34,406 nucleotides of DNA from Chloroflexi bacterium RBG_13_53_26 (GCA_001795035.1 MGMW01000112.1:1-34406), one strand, 5' to 3'. Positions 17,619 to 27,269 are shown, counted from the stretch's first letter. The notes: a model not told the origin generated them from the sequence alone. Program-made: numbers and translations.

Positions 17619-19010
17619 ATGAATAGTTATGATCTGATTGTAGTTGGCGGCGGCCCTGGAGGTAGCGCCGCAGCCAAGGAGGCCGCTGACAGCGGACTCA
17701 AGGTAATCGTCTTCGAGCGGGGGAGGTTCTGCGGCGAGAAAAATTCATCAGGCTTCGGATTGTCGCCCAAGGCTGCTCGGGATTTTGACTACATCAGGGA
17801 ACTCGATGTGCCCTCACTGTGGCCCACCAAGTTCGGCATGATGCACATCGTCGAACCCCAACCATCAAATGCAGATCGGATGACCTGGGGGCTGACACCG
17901 CCAAGGCGTAGCAGCTACCCACAGGCCAGCGAGTACATGGTGCAGATGATGTACCGGGCTGAGTTCGACCAGTGGATGATGGAGAAGGCCACCTCAGCAG
18001 GAGCAGAGTTAAAGCTTACTACCCTGATCACCAACGTTCTTCGGGATGGCGAACAAGTGGTAGGTGTGATAGACAACGAAGGCAACCAATATCAGGCACC
18101 GGTGGTGATTGCAGCAGATGGTGCTCACTCCTTGGTAGCCCAAAAGGCGGGGCTGAGAAACAAATGGGACAAGGATCAGGTTACCGTGCTGGCTACTGTC
18201 GATTTCGAAGCAGATTCAGAGCGGATTGCCGAATACTGCGGTGACACAAACGTCCACATTTTCATGGGGCCAGACCGAGGAGGGTATGTGTGCGTTTTCC
18301 GAAACGGATTCCACGTAGGTTCCCGACCCGCCAAGACCCTGTTGAGTGAAATAGACGCGGGCCGTAACTTGTCCACCACATCTATCACCGACAACACACG
18401 ACTGGATTTTGTCCAGCGCCTGATCAAGGCTACTAGAGCTGAGCCTCGAGAGTTCCAGCTTCACTTTCTGCCCTGGCTAAAAAGATTCAACGAGAGAATC
18501 TATACCGGGGGACTCATGCTCACCGGTGACGCTGCGGGAGTCCCTGAGCCGTTTATGGCAGAAGGAGTGTGGCAGGCGATGTATTCGTCGAGGCTGGCGG
18601 CTCAAGTTGCTCTGCGAGCGCACAAAGACAAAGACTTTTCTAAAGCATATCTGAGCCAATATATGGAGGAACTCAAAATGTCGCCCGTGGGAGTTGATTT
18701 CATGGCCGGCACGGAGTTAAGGGACTTCTTTTCCGAGTGGACCTCACAGACATTCTACGATCTGTTCGATAACCTGGCGGATGCCATGTTCTATGGAATG
18801 CTCACCATGGCCGAACCTCATGCTCAGGGAATGTTGCGCGTGCCCGCAATACTCGTGGATATGATCCCACAACTGCTTTTCCTGACGCGCTACTACTTCC
18901 CCATAGCAGAGGAAGCCTCGAGGGAAAAGATTACCAACTTCCTAGCAGGGATGAAGATGATGGCCCCTATACTTAAGAGCATGATGCCACCGGCAGCAGG
19001 AGGAAAGTAA
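17619..19010 (+). CDS. fixC: FixC/geranylgeranyl-reductase family FAD oxidoreductase (ETF:quinone oxidoreductase-like)
   Basis: Motifs VGGGPGGS, ERG..CGEKN, RAEFDQW, AADGAHS, TGDAAG; followed by a FixX-like ferredoxin. Confidence 0.75.
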   Translation: MNSYDLIVVGGGPGGSAAAKEAADSGLKVIVFERGRFCGEKNSSGFGLSPKAARDFDYIRELDVPSLWPTKFGMMHIVEPQPSNADRMTWGLTPPRRSSYPQASEYMVQMMYRAEFDQWMMEKATSAGAELKLTTLITNVLRDGEQVVGVIDNEGNQYQAPVVIAADGAHSLVAQKAGLRNKWDKDQVTVLATVDFEADSERIAEYCGDTNVHIFMGPDRGGYVCVFRNGFHVGSRPAKTLLSEIDAGRNLSTTSITDNTRLDFVQRLIKATRAEPREFQLHFLPWLKRFNERIYTGGLMLTGDAAGVPEPFMAEGVWQAMYSSRLAAQVALRAHKDKDFSKAYLSQYMEELKMSPVGVDFMAGTELRDFFSEWTSQTFYDLFDNLADAMFYGMLTMAEPHAQGMLRVPAILVDMIPQLLFLTRYYFPIAEEASREKITNFLAGMKMMAPILKSMMPPAAGGK

Positions 19011-19012
19011 CC

Positions 19013-19291
19013 ATGGAGAAACATCCAATACAGAAAAGAGAGTTGGTAACAGTGATTGAATCACCTGTCGACTTTATCAGGGTCGATCAAGAGAAGTGCG
19101 TCGGCTGCAAGAACTGTGTGATAATCTGTGGCATGGATTTGTGGAGAATGAGTAACGGCAAAGCTTTGTTGGCCTCCGACTACAAGAGGTTCTGTACCGA
19201 GTGCGCTTCCTGCTATACCGTTTGCGACTACAATGCAATCGAGTTCACCTTCCCACCGCCAGGGTATGGCATTGTGTACGAGAAAGGCTGA
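19013..19291 (+). CDS. fixX: FixX-like 4Fe-4S ferredoxin
   Basis: Motifs CVGCKNCVIIC and CTECASCYTVC, with the C-terminal FPPPGYGIVYEKG typical of FixX. Confidence 0.85.
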   Translation: MEKHPIQKRELVTVIESPVDFIRVDQEKCVGCKNCVIICGMDLWRMSNGKALLASDYKRFCTECASCYTVCDYNAIEFTFPPPGYGIVYEKG

Positions 19292-19345
19292 TCTGAGGAC
19301 TTTGGGATCGAACCGACTCATTGATAATGATATAATCTCTGCAAC

Positions 19346-20188
19346 GTGATAGTTGATTTCCATACCCATATCTTCCCGCCGGAGATGAAGAATCGACACC
19401 AGGACTATCTGCGCGATGATGTCCTGTTCTCTGAGCTCTATTCCTCTCCCAAGGCCAAAATTGCCACCGCTGAAGACCTTATCTCCAGCATGGATAATTC
19501 CGGGGTCGATTTGTCAGTGATACTGAATGCAGGCTGGACAAGTCATGAGGCCTGTGTTCGAACAAACGACTATATTCTCGATGCAGCAGCACGCTACCCA
19601 AAGCGTCTGATTCCCTTCTGTGCTATACAGCCGAAGGTCGGGGAGGCAGCAATAGTGGAACTGGAACGCTGTGTCAGGGGTGGGGCGAAGGGGATTGGAG
19701 AGATGAGGTCAGATACTCAGGGCTTCGACTTGGCAGACAAAGAGGTGATGGGGCCCGTTGTCGAAGTGGCCAGGAAACACAGCTTGATCTTCCTCACCCA
19801 TGCCTCAGAGCCTGTAGGACATCAATACCCGGGGAAGGGCAAGATTACGCCGGATGTTCTATATCGCTTTATCTCGACCTTCCCTGAACTTACTGTCGTC
19901 TGTGCTCACTGGGGTGGCGGCCTACCCTTCTACGCTTTGATGCCTGAGGTGGCTTCTGCCCTGACCAACACCTTCTTCGATACCGCTGCTACGCCTTTCC
20001 TTTACCAGCCTCATATCTTCAAGCACGTCGTGGAGATTTTGGGCGCTGACAAGATACTCCTTGGCAGTGACAATCCCCTGATCTCACCCGAGAGGGTGAC
20101 GAAGCAGATCGAGTCTACTGGTCTGCCTGCAGAGGCAAAGGCCATGATCCTTGGGGGAAACGCACAGAGGCTGCTGGGATGGAGCTAG
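19346..20188 (+). CDS. Amidohydrolase family protein (Amidohydro_2-like)
   Basis: Motifs DFHTH, GIGE, THAS, AHWGGG, LGSD. Confidence 0.88.
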   Translation: MIVDFHTHIFPPEMKNRHQDYLRDDVLFSELYSSPKAKIATAEDLISSMDNSGVDLSVILNAGWTSHEACVRTNDYILDAAARYPKRLIPFCAIQPKVGEAAIVELERCVRGGAKGIGEMRSDTQGFDLADKEVMGPVVEVARKHSLIFLTHASEPVGHQYPGKGKITPDVLYRFISTFPELTVVCAHWGGGLPFYALMPEVASALTNTFFDTAATPFLYQPHIFKHVVEILGADKILLGSDNPLISPERVTKQIESTGLPAEAKAMILGGNAQRLLGWS

Positions 20189-20766
20189 TCCGCAGTTTCA
20201 TCGCTATTGAACTCCCGCAAGAGATAAAGGCCGAGCTTACTGCAATGGAGGAGAACCTCAAGGCAAGACGGCATCCCTTTGTGAAGTGGGTCGATCCAGA
20301 GAGCATTCACCTTACCCTCAAGTTCCTGGGCAGTGTAGCCCTGGACACCATACCGCAAATAGTCGAAGCAATGACCAGGATAGCCCAACCAGCATCGCCG
20401 TTTTCCCTGCAAGTGAGGGGGGCAGGCGCCTTCCCCAATTGGCAGCGGCCGCAGGTCATCTGGGTGGGGATCGGGGGCGAAATAGGCAGGTTAGCTGCGT
20501 TGCAGAAGGAGTTGGAGGCTGCCCTGTCTCCACTGGGTTTTCCACCTGAGTCCCGGGCTTTCAGCCCGCATCTGACTCTGGGAAGGCTCAGGGACCGCGT
20601 ATCTCCTGAAGATAGGCGAAGATTTGGCCAATGGGCTGAGTCTGTGAAGTTTGAAGTCAGCCCATCCTTCGAGGTTGATGCCCTCAGGTTGATGAAGAGC
20701 CAGTTGACCCCTGATGGCCCCATCTACTCCGGGCTTAGCTCTGTACATCTGACGGGCCAGGGCTGA
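20179..20766 (+). CDS. thpR: RNA 2',3'-cyclic phosphodiesterase
   Basis: RSFIAI, two HxT motifs (HLTLKFLG, PHLTLGR), and SQLTPDGPIY. Confidence 0.95.
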   Translation: MELVRSFIAIELPQEIKAELTAMEENLKARRHPFVKWVDPESIHLTLKFLGSVALDTIPQIVEAMTRIAQPASPFSLQVRGAGAFPNWQRPQVIWVGIGGEIGRLAALQKELEAALSPLGFPPESRAFSPHLTLGRLRDRVSPEDRRRFGQWAESVKFEVSPSFEVDALRLMKSQLTPDGPIYSGLSSVHLTGQG

Positions 20767-20792
20767 TCTCCTCTGCAAAGCCGGCGTCGCGT

Positions 20793-22649
20793 TTATCTCA
20801 GCACCCGTTCGTCGCCAACACGTCGGGTGATCTTCTGCTCATCAAGGTGTTCCATCAGAGCCAGGGCGTACTTGCGGCTGGTTTGAAAGAGATCGCGCAC
20901 TTCCGCCACCGTTATCTTGCCGTGTGATTTGACGTGGGCGATAACACGTTCCACCATTTCATCATAGGCCGAGGCGGCAAAGATGACATTTTCGGCTACC
21001 TTCACTACCTTCCGTTGCTCGATCAGCAGTTCGAGCAGTTCCTGATCCATGGTTGTCTCGCTGGGCGGGGAATAGGGGTTTTGGGTCAAAGGCCTGAGGA
21101 AAGCATCTACGGCAGCCTGCTGCCCTTTTTTCAGCTCTATCCGATGAGAAGGCAGATAAACGAGTTTGCCAGCCTCCGCCAGCGCACCGTCCCGCACAAG
21201 TTGCTGCACTGCCGCAGGGAATGAGCCAGGGGGGATCGTCAGCTTGCTCTTCAGCTCCTCTTTGGGCATACCTGAACGGAGAGGGAACTGCTGATGGTAA
21301 CGCCCCACTGCTCGCGTTACTTTGTCTGTCAGACGCCGCCAACCCGTAGACGAAAAGAGCAGCGCATGAGACCCTTTGTCGCCAAGCATCACCAGCTTAC
21401 TTTCAAAAAGCAGGGATTCTATAGCCTGCTCTACTTCGGATTGAGATAGGCTGGAACGGGTCAGTAGCTCACCCATCGCCAGAGGCTCTTGGGCCTCCAG
21501 GGTTGCCAGTAGTATATCATTAGGCCCGCCCTTCTCCCTCGCAGCCAGTCCCTGAATGGTGCTCGCCTGAAAGCGGCGGTGGCGTCTTGGATAGGCATCC
21601 ACAATCTCGCCGCCACCCAGAGTGTCCTTAGAGGAGCGAATGACGAAGAGGTCACCCTTGACCACAGCCACCGGACGAGAGAGGGCTATCTGTGCCCAAC
21701 TCCTATCCCCGGGTTCAAGCTTTTCTTTTTCCAGCAATCGCACCTTTCCGATTGCCTCAAGGGCATTGCTGTGGAAAGTGATCTCGGCGTTATGTCTCAG
21801 AGGGTGAGTCACCCTGGGAAGTAGCTCTATCTTGACATCCACTACTTTTGTAGGGCGCAACCAGTCAGGGGTGGTCAACACATCGCCACGCTCCAGTTGA
21901 GCCGTGGACAGGCCTGACAGGTTAGCTGCCACTCTGCTTCCGGGGGAAGCGGTTTCCACCTTCCTTTTGTGGGTCTGGAGCCCGCGCAGGCGTGCCTTGA
22001 AGCGAGACGGGAGTATTTCTACCTCCTGTCCCACCATGAGGTTTCCGTCCACAAGCGTCCCTGTCACTACAGTGCCGAAGCCGGCGATGGTGAATACCCG
22101 GTCAATGGGAAGCCTCGGTCTGCCGACGTCCCTTTTGGGTTGGGTGGCGTCCAGAAGACGATCAATGGTAGCCACAAGTTCAGGCAGACCTTCTCCGGTT
22201 ACCGCAGACACGCCGATGATGGGGGCTGGAGCCAGAGCAGTGCCAGCTATGACCTCTTTGACCTCCATGGTGACCAACTCCAGTAGTTCCTGATCTACCA
22301 GGTCCTTCTTGGTGATAACGACAATCCCCTTTTCCAGACGAAGCAGGTCGAGGATGGCCAGATGCTCCCTCGTCTGCGGCATCACACCCTCATCGGCAGC
22401 GATGACCAGCAGGGCCAGATCGATACCCCCCACCCCAGCCAGCATATTCTTGATGAACCTCTCATGCCCTGGAACATCGACGATGCTGACTTCCCGACCA
22501 CTGGGCAACTTCAGCCAGGCAAAGCCGAGGTCGATAGTCATGCCCCGCTCTTTCTCTTCGGTCAGGCGGTCGGGGTCGATACCGGTTAGCGCCTCAACCA
22601 GGCGGGATTTGCCATGGTCTACGTGGCCAGCCGTGCCAAGAACAAACAT
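20793..22649 (-). CDS. selB: Selenocysteine-specific elongation factor
   Basis: Motifs [32 protein letters not shown], and the C-terminal winged helix [13 protein letters not shown]. Confidence 0.97.
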   Translation of the reverse strand: MFVLGTAGHVDHGKSRLVEALTGIDPDRLTEEKERGMTIDLGFAWLKLPSGREVSIVDVPGHERFIKNMLAGVGGIDLALLVIAADEGVMPQTREHLAILDLLRLEKGIVVITKKDLVDQELLELVTMEVKEVIAGTALAPAPIIGVSAVTGEGLPELVATIDRLLDATQPKRDVGRPRLPIDRVFTIAGFGTVVTGTLVDGNLMVGQEVEILPSRFKARLRGLQTHKRKVETASPGSRVAANLSGLSTAQLERGDVLTTPDWLRPTKVVDVKIELLPRVTHPLRHNAEITFHSNALEAIGKVRLLEKEKLEPGDRSWAQIALSRPVAVVKGDLFVIRSSKDTLGGGEIVDAYPRRHRRFQASTIQGLAAREKGGPNDILLATLEAQEPLAMGELLTRSSLSQSEVEQAIESLLFESKLVMLGDKGSHALLFSSTGWRRLTDKVTRAVGRYHQQFPLRSGMPKEELKSKLTIPPGSFPAAVQQLVRDGALAEAGKLVYLPSHRIELKKGQQAAVDAFLRPLTQNPYSPPSETTMDQELLELLIEQRKVVKVAENVIFAASAYDEMVERVIAHVKSHGKITVAEVRDLFQTSRKYALALMEHLDEQKITRRVGDERVLR

Positions 22650-22652
22650 ACC

Positions 22653-23705
22653 CTACCCCTCTATGATGATCATTTCCTTGGGTTGCCCTACTACCTCTCC
22701 AACAATTCTAGCCTCAACCACGCCAGCTTTGTGCAATCTGGAAAGCAATAGGTCTGCTTTGGCAGCGCTGACCGCGATGAACAAACCACCGGAAGTTTGT
22801 GGATCGAAGAGGACGTCTTGCACATATTCTGGGACTTCAGTTGCCTTCTTCACCATGCTGGAACGGAACTCCTTGTTACGGTATGTGCCTCCAGGGATCA
22901 TTCCCATCTGGGCAAACTCTATGGCCTCAGCAAACACGGGGACAGAAGCAGCGCGAATCTTCATACCGATCTCACTGTCCTGGATCATTTCACAGGCATG
23001 TCCCAGAAGGCCAAAACCTGTGATATCGGTACAGGCATTGACTCCGATTTCCTGCATCGCTTCGGAGGCTACCTTGTTGAGAGTGGCCATATGGCCGGCG
23101 ACTTTGGTCACGGTTTCTTCACCTGCCACCCTCCCTTTGATAGCGGTGTTGATGATGCCTGTGCCCAACGGTTTCGTCAGTATCAGCTTGTCTCCTGCCT
23201 TGGCTCCTGTCTTGGTGATCACTTTGCTTGGGTGCATGACACCAGTGACAGAGAGCCCGTATTTCAACTCCGTATCATCAACACTGTGCCCACCGACTAG
23301 CACCACACCAGCCTCCCTCATTTTCTCCAGCCCGCCCCTCAGAATTTCCCTCAATACCGATATGTCCAGAGTCTTGATGGGGAAGCAGACTACATTCATG
23401 GCGGTGAGGGGTTTGCCTCCCATGGCATAAACGTCGCTAAGGGCATTGGCCACCGCGATCTGCCCAAAGGTATAGGGATCATCGACAATGGGCGTGAAGA
23501 AGTCAATGGTCTGTATGATAGCCAGATCTTCGCTCAGCTTATACACACCAGCGTCGTCAGCCTTCTCCAGCCCCACGATGAGATTGGGGTCATGGATCAA
23601 GGGCAAGCCACACAATGCCCTGTCCAGGTCCCCTGGACCCAGCTTGGAAGCTCAACCTGCGCCGCGAACAGTCTCGGTGAGCCTGGGGTGCCCTTTGTCG
23701 TTCAT
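22653..23705 (-). CDS. selD: Selenide, water dikinase (selenophosphate synthetase), selenoprotein with Sec18
   Basis: ATG 23705 with SD AAGGAG reads [20 protein letters not shown](23652-23654)-ASKLGPGDL in frame with the ORF-track CDS. The U sits in the conserved G-[C/U]-x-x-K motif. DDAGVY, DFFTP and DITGFGL are present. Confidence 0.95.
23622..23638 (-). promoter_or_regulatory. Bacterial SECIS element of selD
   Basis: Perfect hairpin GTCCAGG-GGA-CCTGGAC starting 13 nt after the in-frame UGA, with a G-rich loop. Confidence 0.8.
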
Positions 23706-23743
23706 TTACTTCTCCTTCGACCGATTCTCACCCATATGAGGTG

Positions 23744-23971
23744 CTAGATCGGGTGAATCCCCTGAATCTCTATCTGCTTCTTCTCCAGAATAGCCTTGAC
23801 GCTCGGCTCATCTGGCCGGTCAAAGCGGAGGCAAATGCCACAGTCCGAGCTGAGTTGACGGGGTACGGGTATGAGCTTGATGGCCACGCCCGTTTTCTTG
23901 AACAGCTTCTCAGCCTGCAGGGCATTGCTCGTTGAGTAAAAGAGGACTACGCTATACTCTGCGGTTTCCAT
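23744..23971 (-). CDS. DUF3343 family protein (selenium-cluster associated)
   Basis: F.STSNAL.AEK, IPVPRQLSSDCG motif, and selenium-cluster context. Confidence 0.88.
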   Translation of the reverse strand: METAEYSVVLFYSTSNALQAEKLFKKTGVAIKLIPVPRQLSSDCGICLRFDRPDEPSVKAILEKKQIEIQGIHPI

Positions 23972-23986
23972 TCAACCATTCTATCA

Positions 23987-24568
23987 TCAAAGAGAAATGA
24001 TCTTGTCAGCGTCAAGCAATGCTGCGGTAATATCATACATGTTGGAAACGCGTCCTACCTCCACCGCCTCCTTCAGGTTATAGTACCCCAAGCAGGTACC
24101 ACACGCCAGTATCTCAACCCCCTGCTTCTCCAAAGCCCGAAGGTCACCTATCACCTCGGAGTCCCTGGCCACCAGTTTGACACCGCTGTTCATGAAGATG
24201 ATTCTGCTGGGCCTGGTTTCCGCCTCAGTCAGAGTATGCATGAAGCTGCGCATCAGCGTATTCCCCAGAATATCATCTCCCCGCCCTATGGTGTTGGATG
24301 AGATGAGGAGCACATCCGACTTAGTGGCAGGAGTGACTGAGGACTTCTCCAACCCGCTCACTTTCCTGGTCAGGTGTAGGTAAGTTGCTTCACCCTTCTT
24401 CTCCACAGATACCTGGAATCCCCGGCTGTCTGCCAGACGGGAAACATTCTGTTTAGCCGTCTCGTTATCTACGATCACAAACACTTCATCAGCTTTTTCC
24501 AACGCCTTTTTGGTCAAGACCACAGGTTGAGGACAGGCCAGACCACGCGCATCCACGTTTTCAGACAT
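23987..24568 (-). CDS. yedF: Selenium metabolism protein YedF (TusA + DsrE-like domains)
   Basis: Motifs VDARGLACPQPVV, GRGDDILG..LM, FMNSGVKL, ACGTCL, VSNMYDI. ATG at 24568. Confidence 0.9.
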   Translation of the reverse strand: MSENVDARGLACPQPVVLTKKALEKADEVFVIVDNETAKQNVSRLADSRGFQVSVEKKGEATYLHLTRKVSGLEKSSVTPATKSDVLLISSNTIGRGDDILGNTLMRSFMHTLTEAETRPSRIIFMNSGVKLVARDSEVIGDLRALEKQGVEILACGTCLGYYNLKEAVEVGRVSNMYDITAALLDADKIISL

Positions 24569-24569
24569 T

Positions 24570-25727
24570 CTAAAACCTCGCTTTGGTGGCAATGATTCTT
24601 CGCACTGCCTCCAAGGTTCCCTCTATATCATCGTCTGAAGTGAAGTAGCCGGGACTCAGCCTTATAGTCCCCTGAGGGAACGTTCCTAGCGTCTTGTGTG
24701 CTATGGGCGAGCAGTGCAATCCCGGGCGACACATAATCTGATGGTACTCCTCTAGTTGCATGGCCACTTCTGAAGGAATGAGCCCGGAGATATTGAAAGA
24801 GACGACCGCTACCCGTTTTCTGGGATCACTGTCTCCGTAAATGGTGACACCCGGGATAGCCTTCAATCCATCGATGATTGATCTTGTCAGCACCTGTTCC
24901 CTTTTCTGTATTTCATTTACACCCTGCTCCAGAACGAAGCGCACTCCAGCACCCAGGCCAGCCAGACCCACCGTGTTGGGTGTTCCACTCTCATACTTGT
25001 CAGGCAGAAAATCGGGCTGGTACTCATGTTCGGAGCGGCTACCCGTGCCTCCATATTTGAGAGGTTCGATGCTGGATTCAATACCTTTGCGAATGTACAG
25101 GCCGCCTGTTCCCTGCGGCCCGTAGAGTCCCTTGTGCCCAGAGAAGGCCAGCAGATCGATATGCATCTCCTCTACATCGACGGGATAGCATCCCATGGTC
25201 TGAGCCGCATCAATCATCAGAAGCACTCCGCGACGGCGGGTAATCTGGCCCACTTCGGCTACGGGCAGAAGGGTGCCCACGACATTGGAGGCATGATTGA
25301 GAATGACGAGCCTGGTATGCGGACCAACAGCCTGCTCTACGTCATGGGGATTGAGGAACCCTTCGGAAGAGCATTTGACCACGGTTACTTCGACACCCAG
25401 TTTCTCCATATGACGCAGTGGTCGCATCACCGAGTTGTGCTCCATGCTGCTGGTGATCACATGGTCACCAGGATGCAGGAGTCCTCGTATCACCACATTC
25501 AAGGCTTCGGTGGCATTCGAGGTAAAGACGATACGCATCGGATCACCGATGCCGAAGAGCATGGACAGGGACTCTCTGGTCTCATAGATAATGCGGCCTG
25601 CTTCAATGGAAAGCTGATGTGCGGAGCGGCCGGGGTTGGCCCCCGTATGGCGCATGAAATTATCCATCGCCTGATATACCGCTTCTGGTTTAGGCCAGGA
25701 AGTAGCCGCATTGTCCAGATAAATCAT
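24570..25727 (-). CDS. Cysteine desulfurase / selenocysteine lyase family PLP enzyme
   Basis: Motifs YLDNAATSWPKP, EHNSV, DAAQT, SGHKGLYGP, RPGLHCSP. Confidence 0.93.
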   Translation of the reverse strand: MIYLDNAATSWPKPEAVYQAMDNFMRHTGANPGRSAHQLSIEAGRIIYETRESLSMLFGIGDPMRIVFTSNATEALNVVIRGLLHPGDHVITSSMEHNSVMRPLRHMEKLGVEVTVVKCSSEGFLNPHDVEQAVGPHTRLVILNHASNVVGTLLPVAEVGQITRRRGVLLMIDAAQTMGCYPVDVEEMHIDLLAFSGHKGLYGPQGTGGLYIRKGIESSIEPLKYGGTGSRSEHEYQPDFLPDKYESGTPNTVGLAGLGAGVRFVLEQGVNEIQKREQVLTRSIIDGLKAIPGVTIYGDSDPRKRVAVVSFNISGLIPSEVAMQLEEYHQIMCRPGLHCSPIAHKTLGTFPQGTIRLSPGYFTSDDDIEGTLEAVRRIIATKARF

Positions 25728-25767
25728 CTCGCGCCCTATCCTATGCTCTTCGACATGAGATTATAGC

Positions 25768-25986
25768 CTACTTTGACGATGGGCTCAGCAGCAGGCGAAA
25801 TCCGTCTTCGATCCTCTCCACCTTGACGGAATAACCCCTGCTTCTGGCCAGGCGAGAGACATTCTCCCTGGAGACCTCGCTCTCCACAAGGACAGACAAC
25901 GGTGCGCTCGGGTTATTGTCAATCGCTTCTTTGGTCTTGACTACGGGTATAGGGCAGGAGAAACCTCTGGCATCTACCTCCATCAT
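25768..25986 (-). CDS. TusA/SirA-like sulfur (selenium) carrier
   Basis: VDARGFSCPIPVVKTK motif. Confidence 0.9.
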   Translation of the reverse strand: MMEVDARGFSCPIPVVKTKEAIDNNPSAPLSVLVESEVSRENVSRLARSRGYSVKVERIEDGFRLLLSPSSK

Positions 25987-27062
25987 CAGGATTGCCTCCT
26001 TTCCTTCATGAGGAAACCAATGACCAGGGCAATGGCCAGTCCGATGCCCACTGCCCAGGCACCAAACGTAGCTACTCCCTTGGTGCTGGCAGCCAGGCCG
26101 AAGTTATGAGCCACAGCCGCGCCAGCTATCATACCGAGGACCGTCATGACGGCATCAGTGTCTCCCTCACCAGAGAGGATCATCTGGCGCAGGGGACAGC
26201 CACCGAGGAGAGTAGCTGCCAGCCCTACCAGTGACATGCTGAAGAAGTTCCACAGGTGATTGTTATGAGCTATTGGCTGATCACTGAAACCCCAGTGACC
26301 CATTTGGCCGAGGATGAGGTTGGTAACCAGTGCCCCGACGAAGAAGGCCGCTATGATGCTAAAAAGGTGAATGTCCTTAATCAGCATCAGATCTCGCCAG
26401 CCCCCCACGAAGCACATCCTGGTCCGCTGAGCTAGAAAGCCGACGCCCAGTCCAATGACCAGAGCTACCCACAGCGCAGCGTGGAGCGCCCCGGGGCCCG
26501 TGGTGCTGGAGAAGATGAAATATGGGGTGAAGATGGCAAACAGGAGAAGGACTATTGTGAATGCAGGGAAAAGCCATCCCGGTAGGGCTGGCAGCTTGGT
26601 GGATCGACCGAGGTTGAAACCTCGCTTGAGGAAGAGGATCCCCAGGAAAGCACCAAAGATCAAGCCAACGAGAGCAGTGATCCCATTAAGATCGCCACCA
26701 GCCAATCGCAGCAAAGCTCTTACAGGGCAGCCTAGGAACACCAGGGCACCGATCATCATCAGGGCACCCAGCAAAAAACGAACTAGAGGCGCAGAGCCAC
26801 CTCTAGTTCGAAATTCCTTGAAGGCAAAAGCAGCGATGAAGCTGCCAAGCACTAGCCCCAGTATTTCAGGGCGGATGTACTGCACCACCTCCGCTCGGTG
26901 CAAGCCGAGCGCTCCGGTGATATCTCTCAGGAAGCAGGCGGCGCAGAAGCCCATGTTGGCTGGATTGCCCCACCTGACTAGTAACGAAGCGAGGACTCCG
27001 AAGACCAGTCCGGAGAAGATCAACAATATACGCGGATTGAGCGATTGAAAGAATCGCCGCAA
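25986..27062 (-). CDS. yedE: YedE/YeeE family putative selenium transporter
   Basis: Multi-TM protein with GNPANMGFCAACFLRDI, LGCPVR, QRTRMCF and GGCPLRQ. TTG start with SD AAGGAGG. Confidence 0.92.
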   Translation of the reverse strand: MRRFFQSLNPRILLIFSGLVFGVLASLLVRWGNPANMGFCAACFLRDITGALGLHRAEVVQYIRPEILGLVLGSFIAAFAFKEFRTRGGSAPLVRFLLGALMMIGALVFLGCPVRALLRLAGGDLNGITALVGLIFGAFLGILFLKRGFNLGRSTKLPALPGWLFPAFTIVLLLFAIFTPYFIFSSTTGPGALHAALWVALVIGLGVGFLAQRTRMCFVGGWRDLMLIKDIHLFSIIAAFFVGALVTNLILGQMGHWGFSDQPIAHNNHLWNFFSMSLVGLAATLLGGCPLRQMILSGEGDTDAVMTVLGMIAGAAVAHNFGLAASTKGVATFGAWAVGIGLAIALVIGFLMKERRQS

Positions 27063-27138
27063 AACAGTTACCTCCTTTTCTAACTATTCTGGTAGAGACT
27101 TCTCTGACGAAGAGCCACGCCCTTCGGCCCAGATTGGT

Positions 27139-27156
27139 TCACGTTCGGCGATTCAT
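27139..27156 (-). promoter_or_regulatory. Leader uORF M-N-R-R-T-UGA upstream of yedE (candidate Sec-sensing element)
   Basis: SD-like AGGGGGTGAG (27161-27170), then ATCG, then ATG AAT CGC CGA ACG TGA. The read-through frame stays open across the yedE SD/start to TGA at 26866-26868. Confidence 0.55.
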
Positions 27157-27218
27157 CGATCTCACCCCCTCTCGGCCAGAATCTACGGGAAGAAATACTA
27201 TTGTTCCCGCTTCCTGAA

Positions 27219-27248
27219 TTTGTACCATCTCGGGAATCAACTTGTCAA
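27219..27248 (-). promoter_or_regulatory. Putative promoter of the yedE operon
   Basis: TTGACA-N18-TACAAA with a TG extension; the -10 is imperfect. Confidence 0.5.
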
Positions 27249-27269
27249 AACATGCTTTTCCTCGCCAGT

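Noticed and set aside
22309-23430. 373-aa plus-strand ORF
   Set aside because: Antisense shadow of selB/selD.
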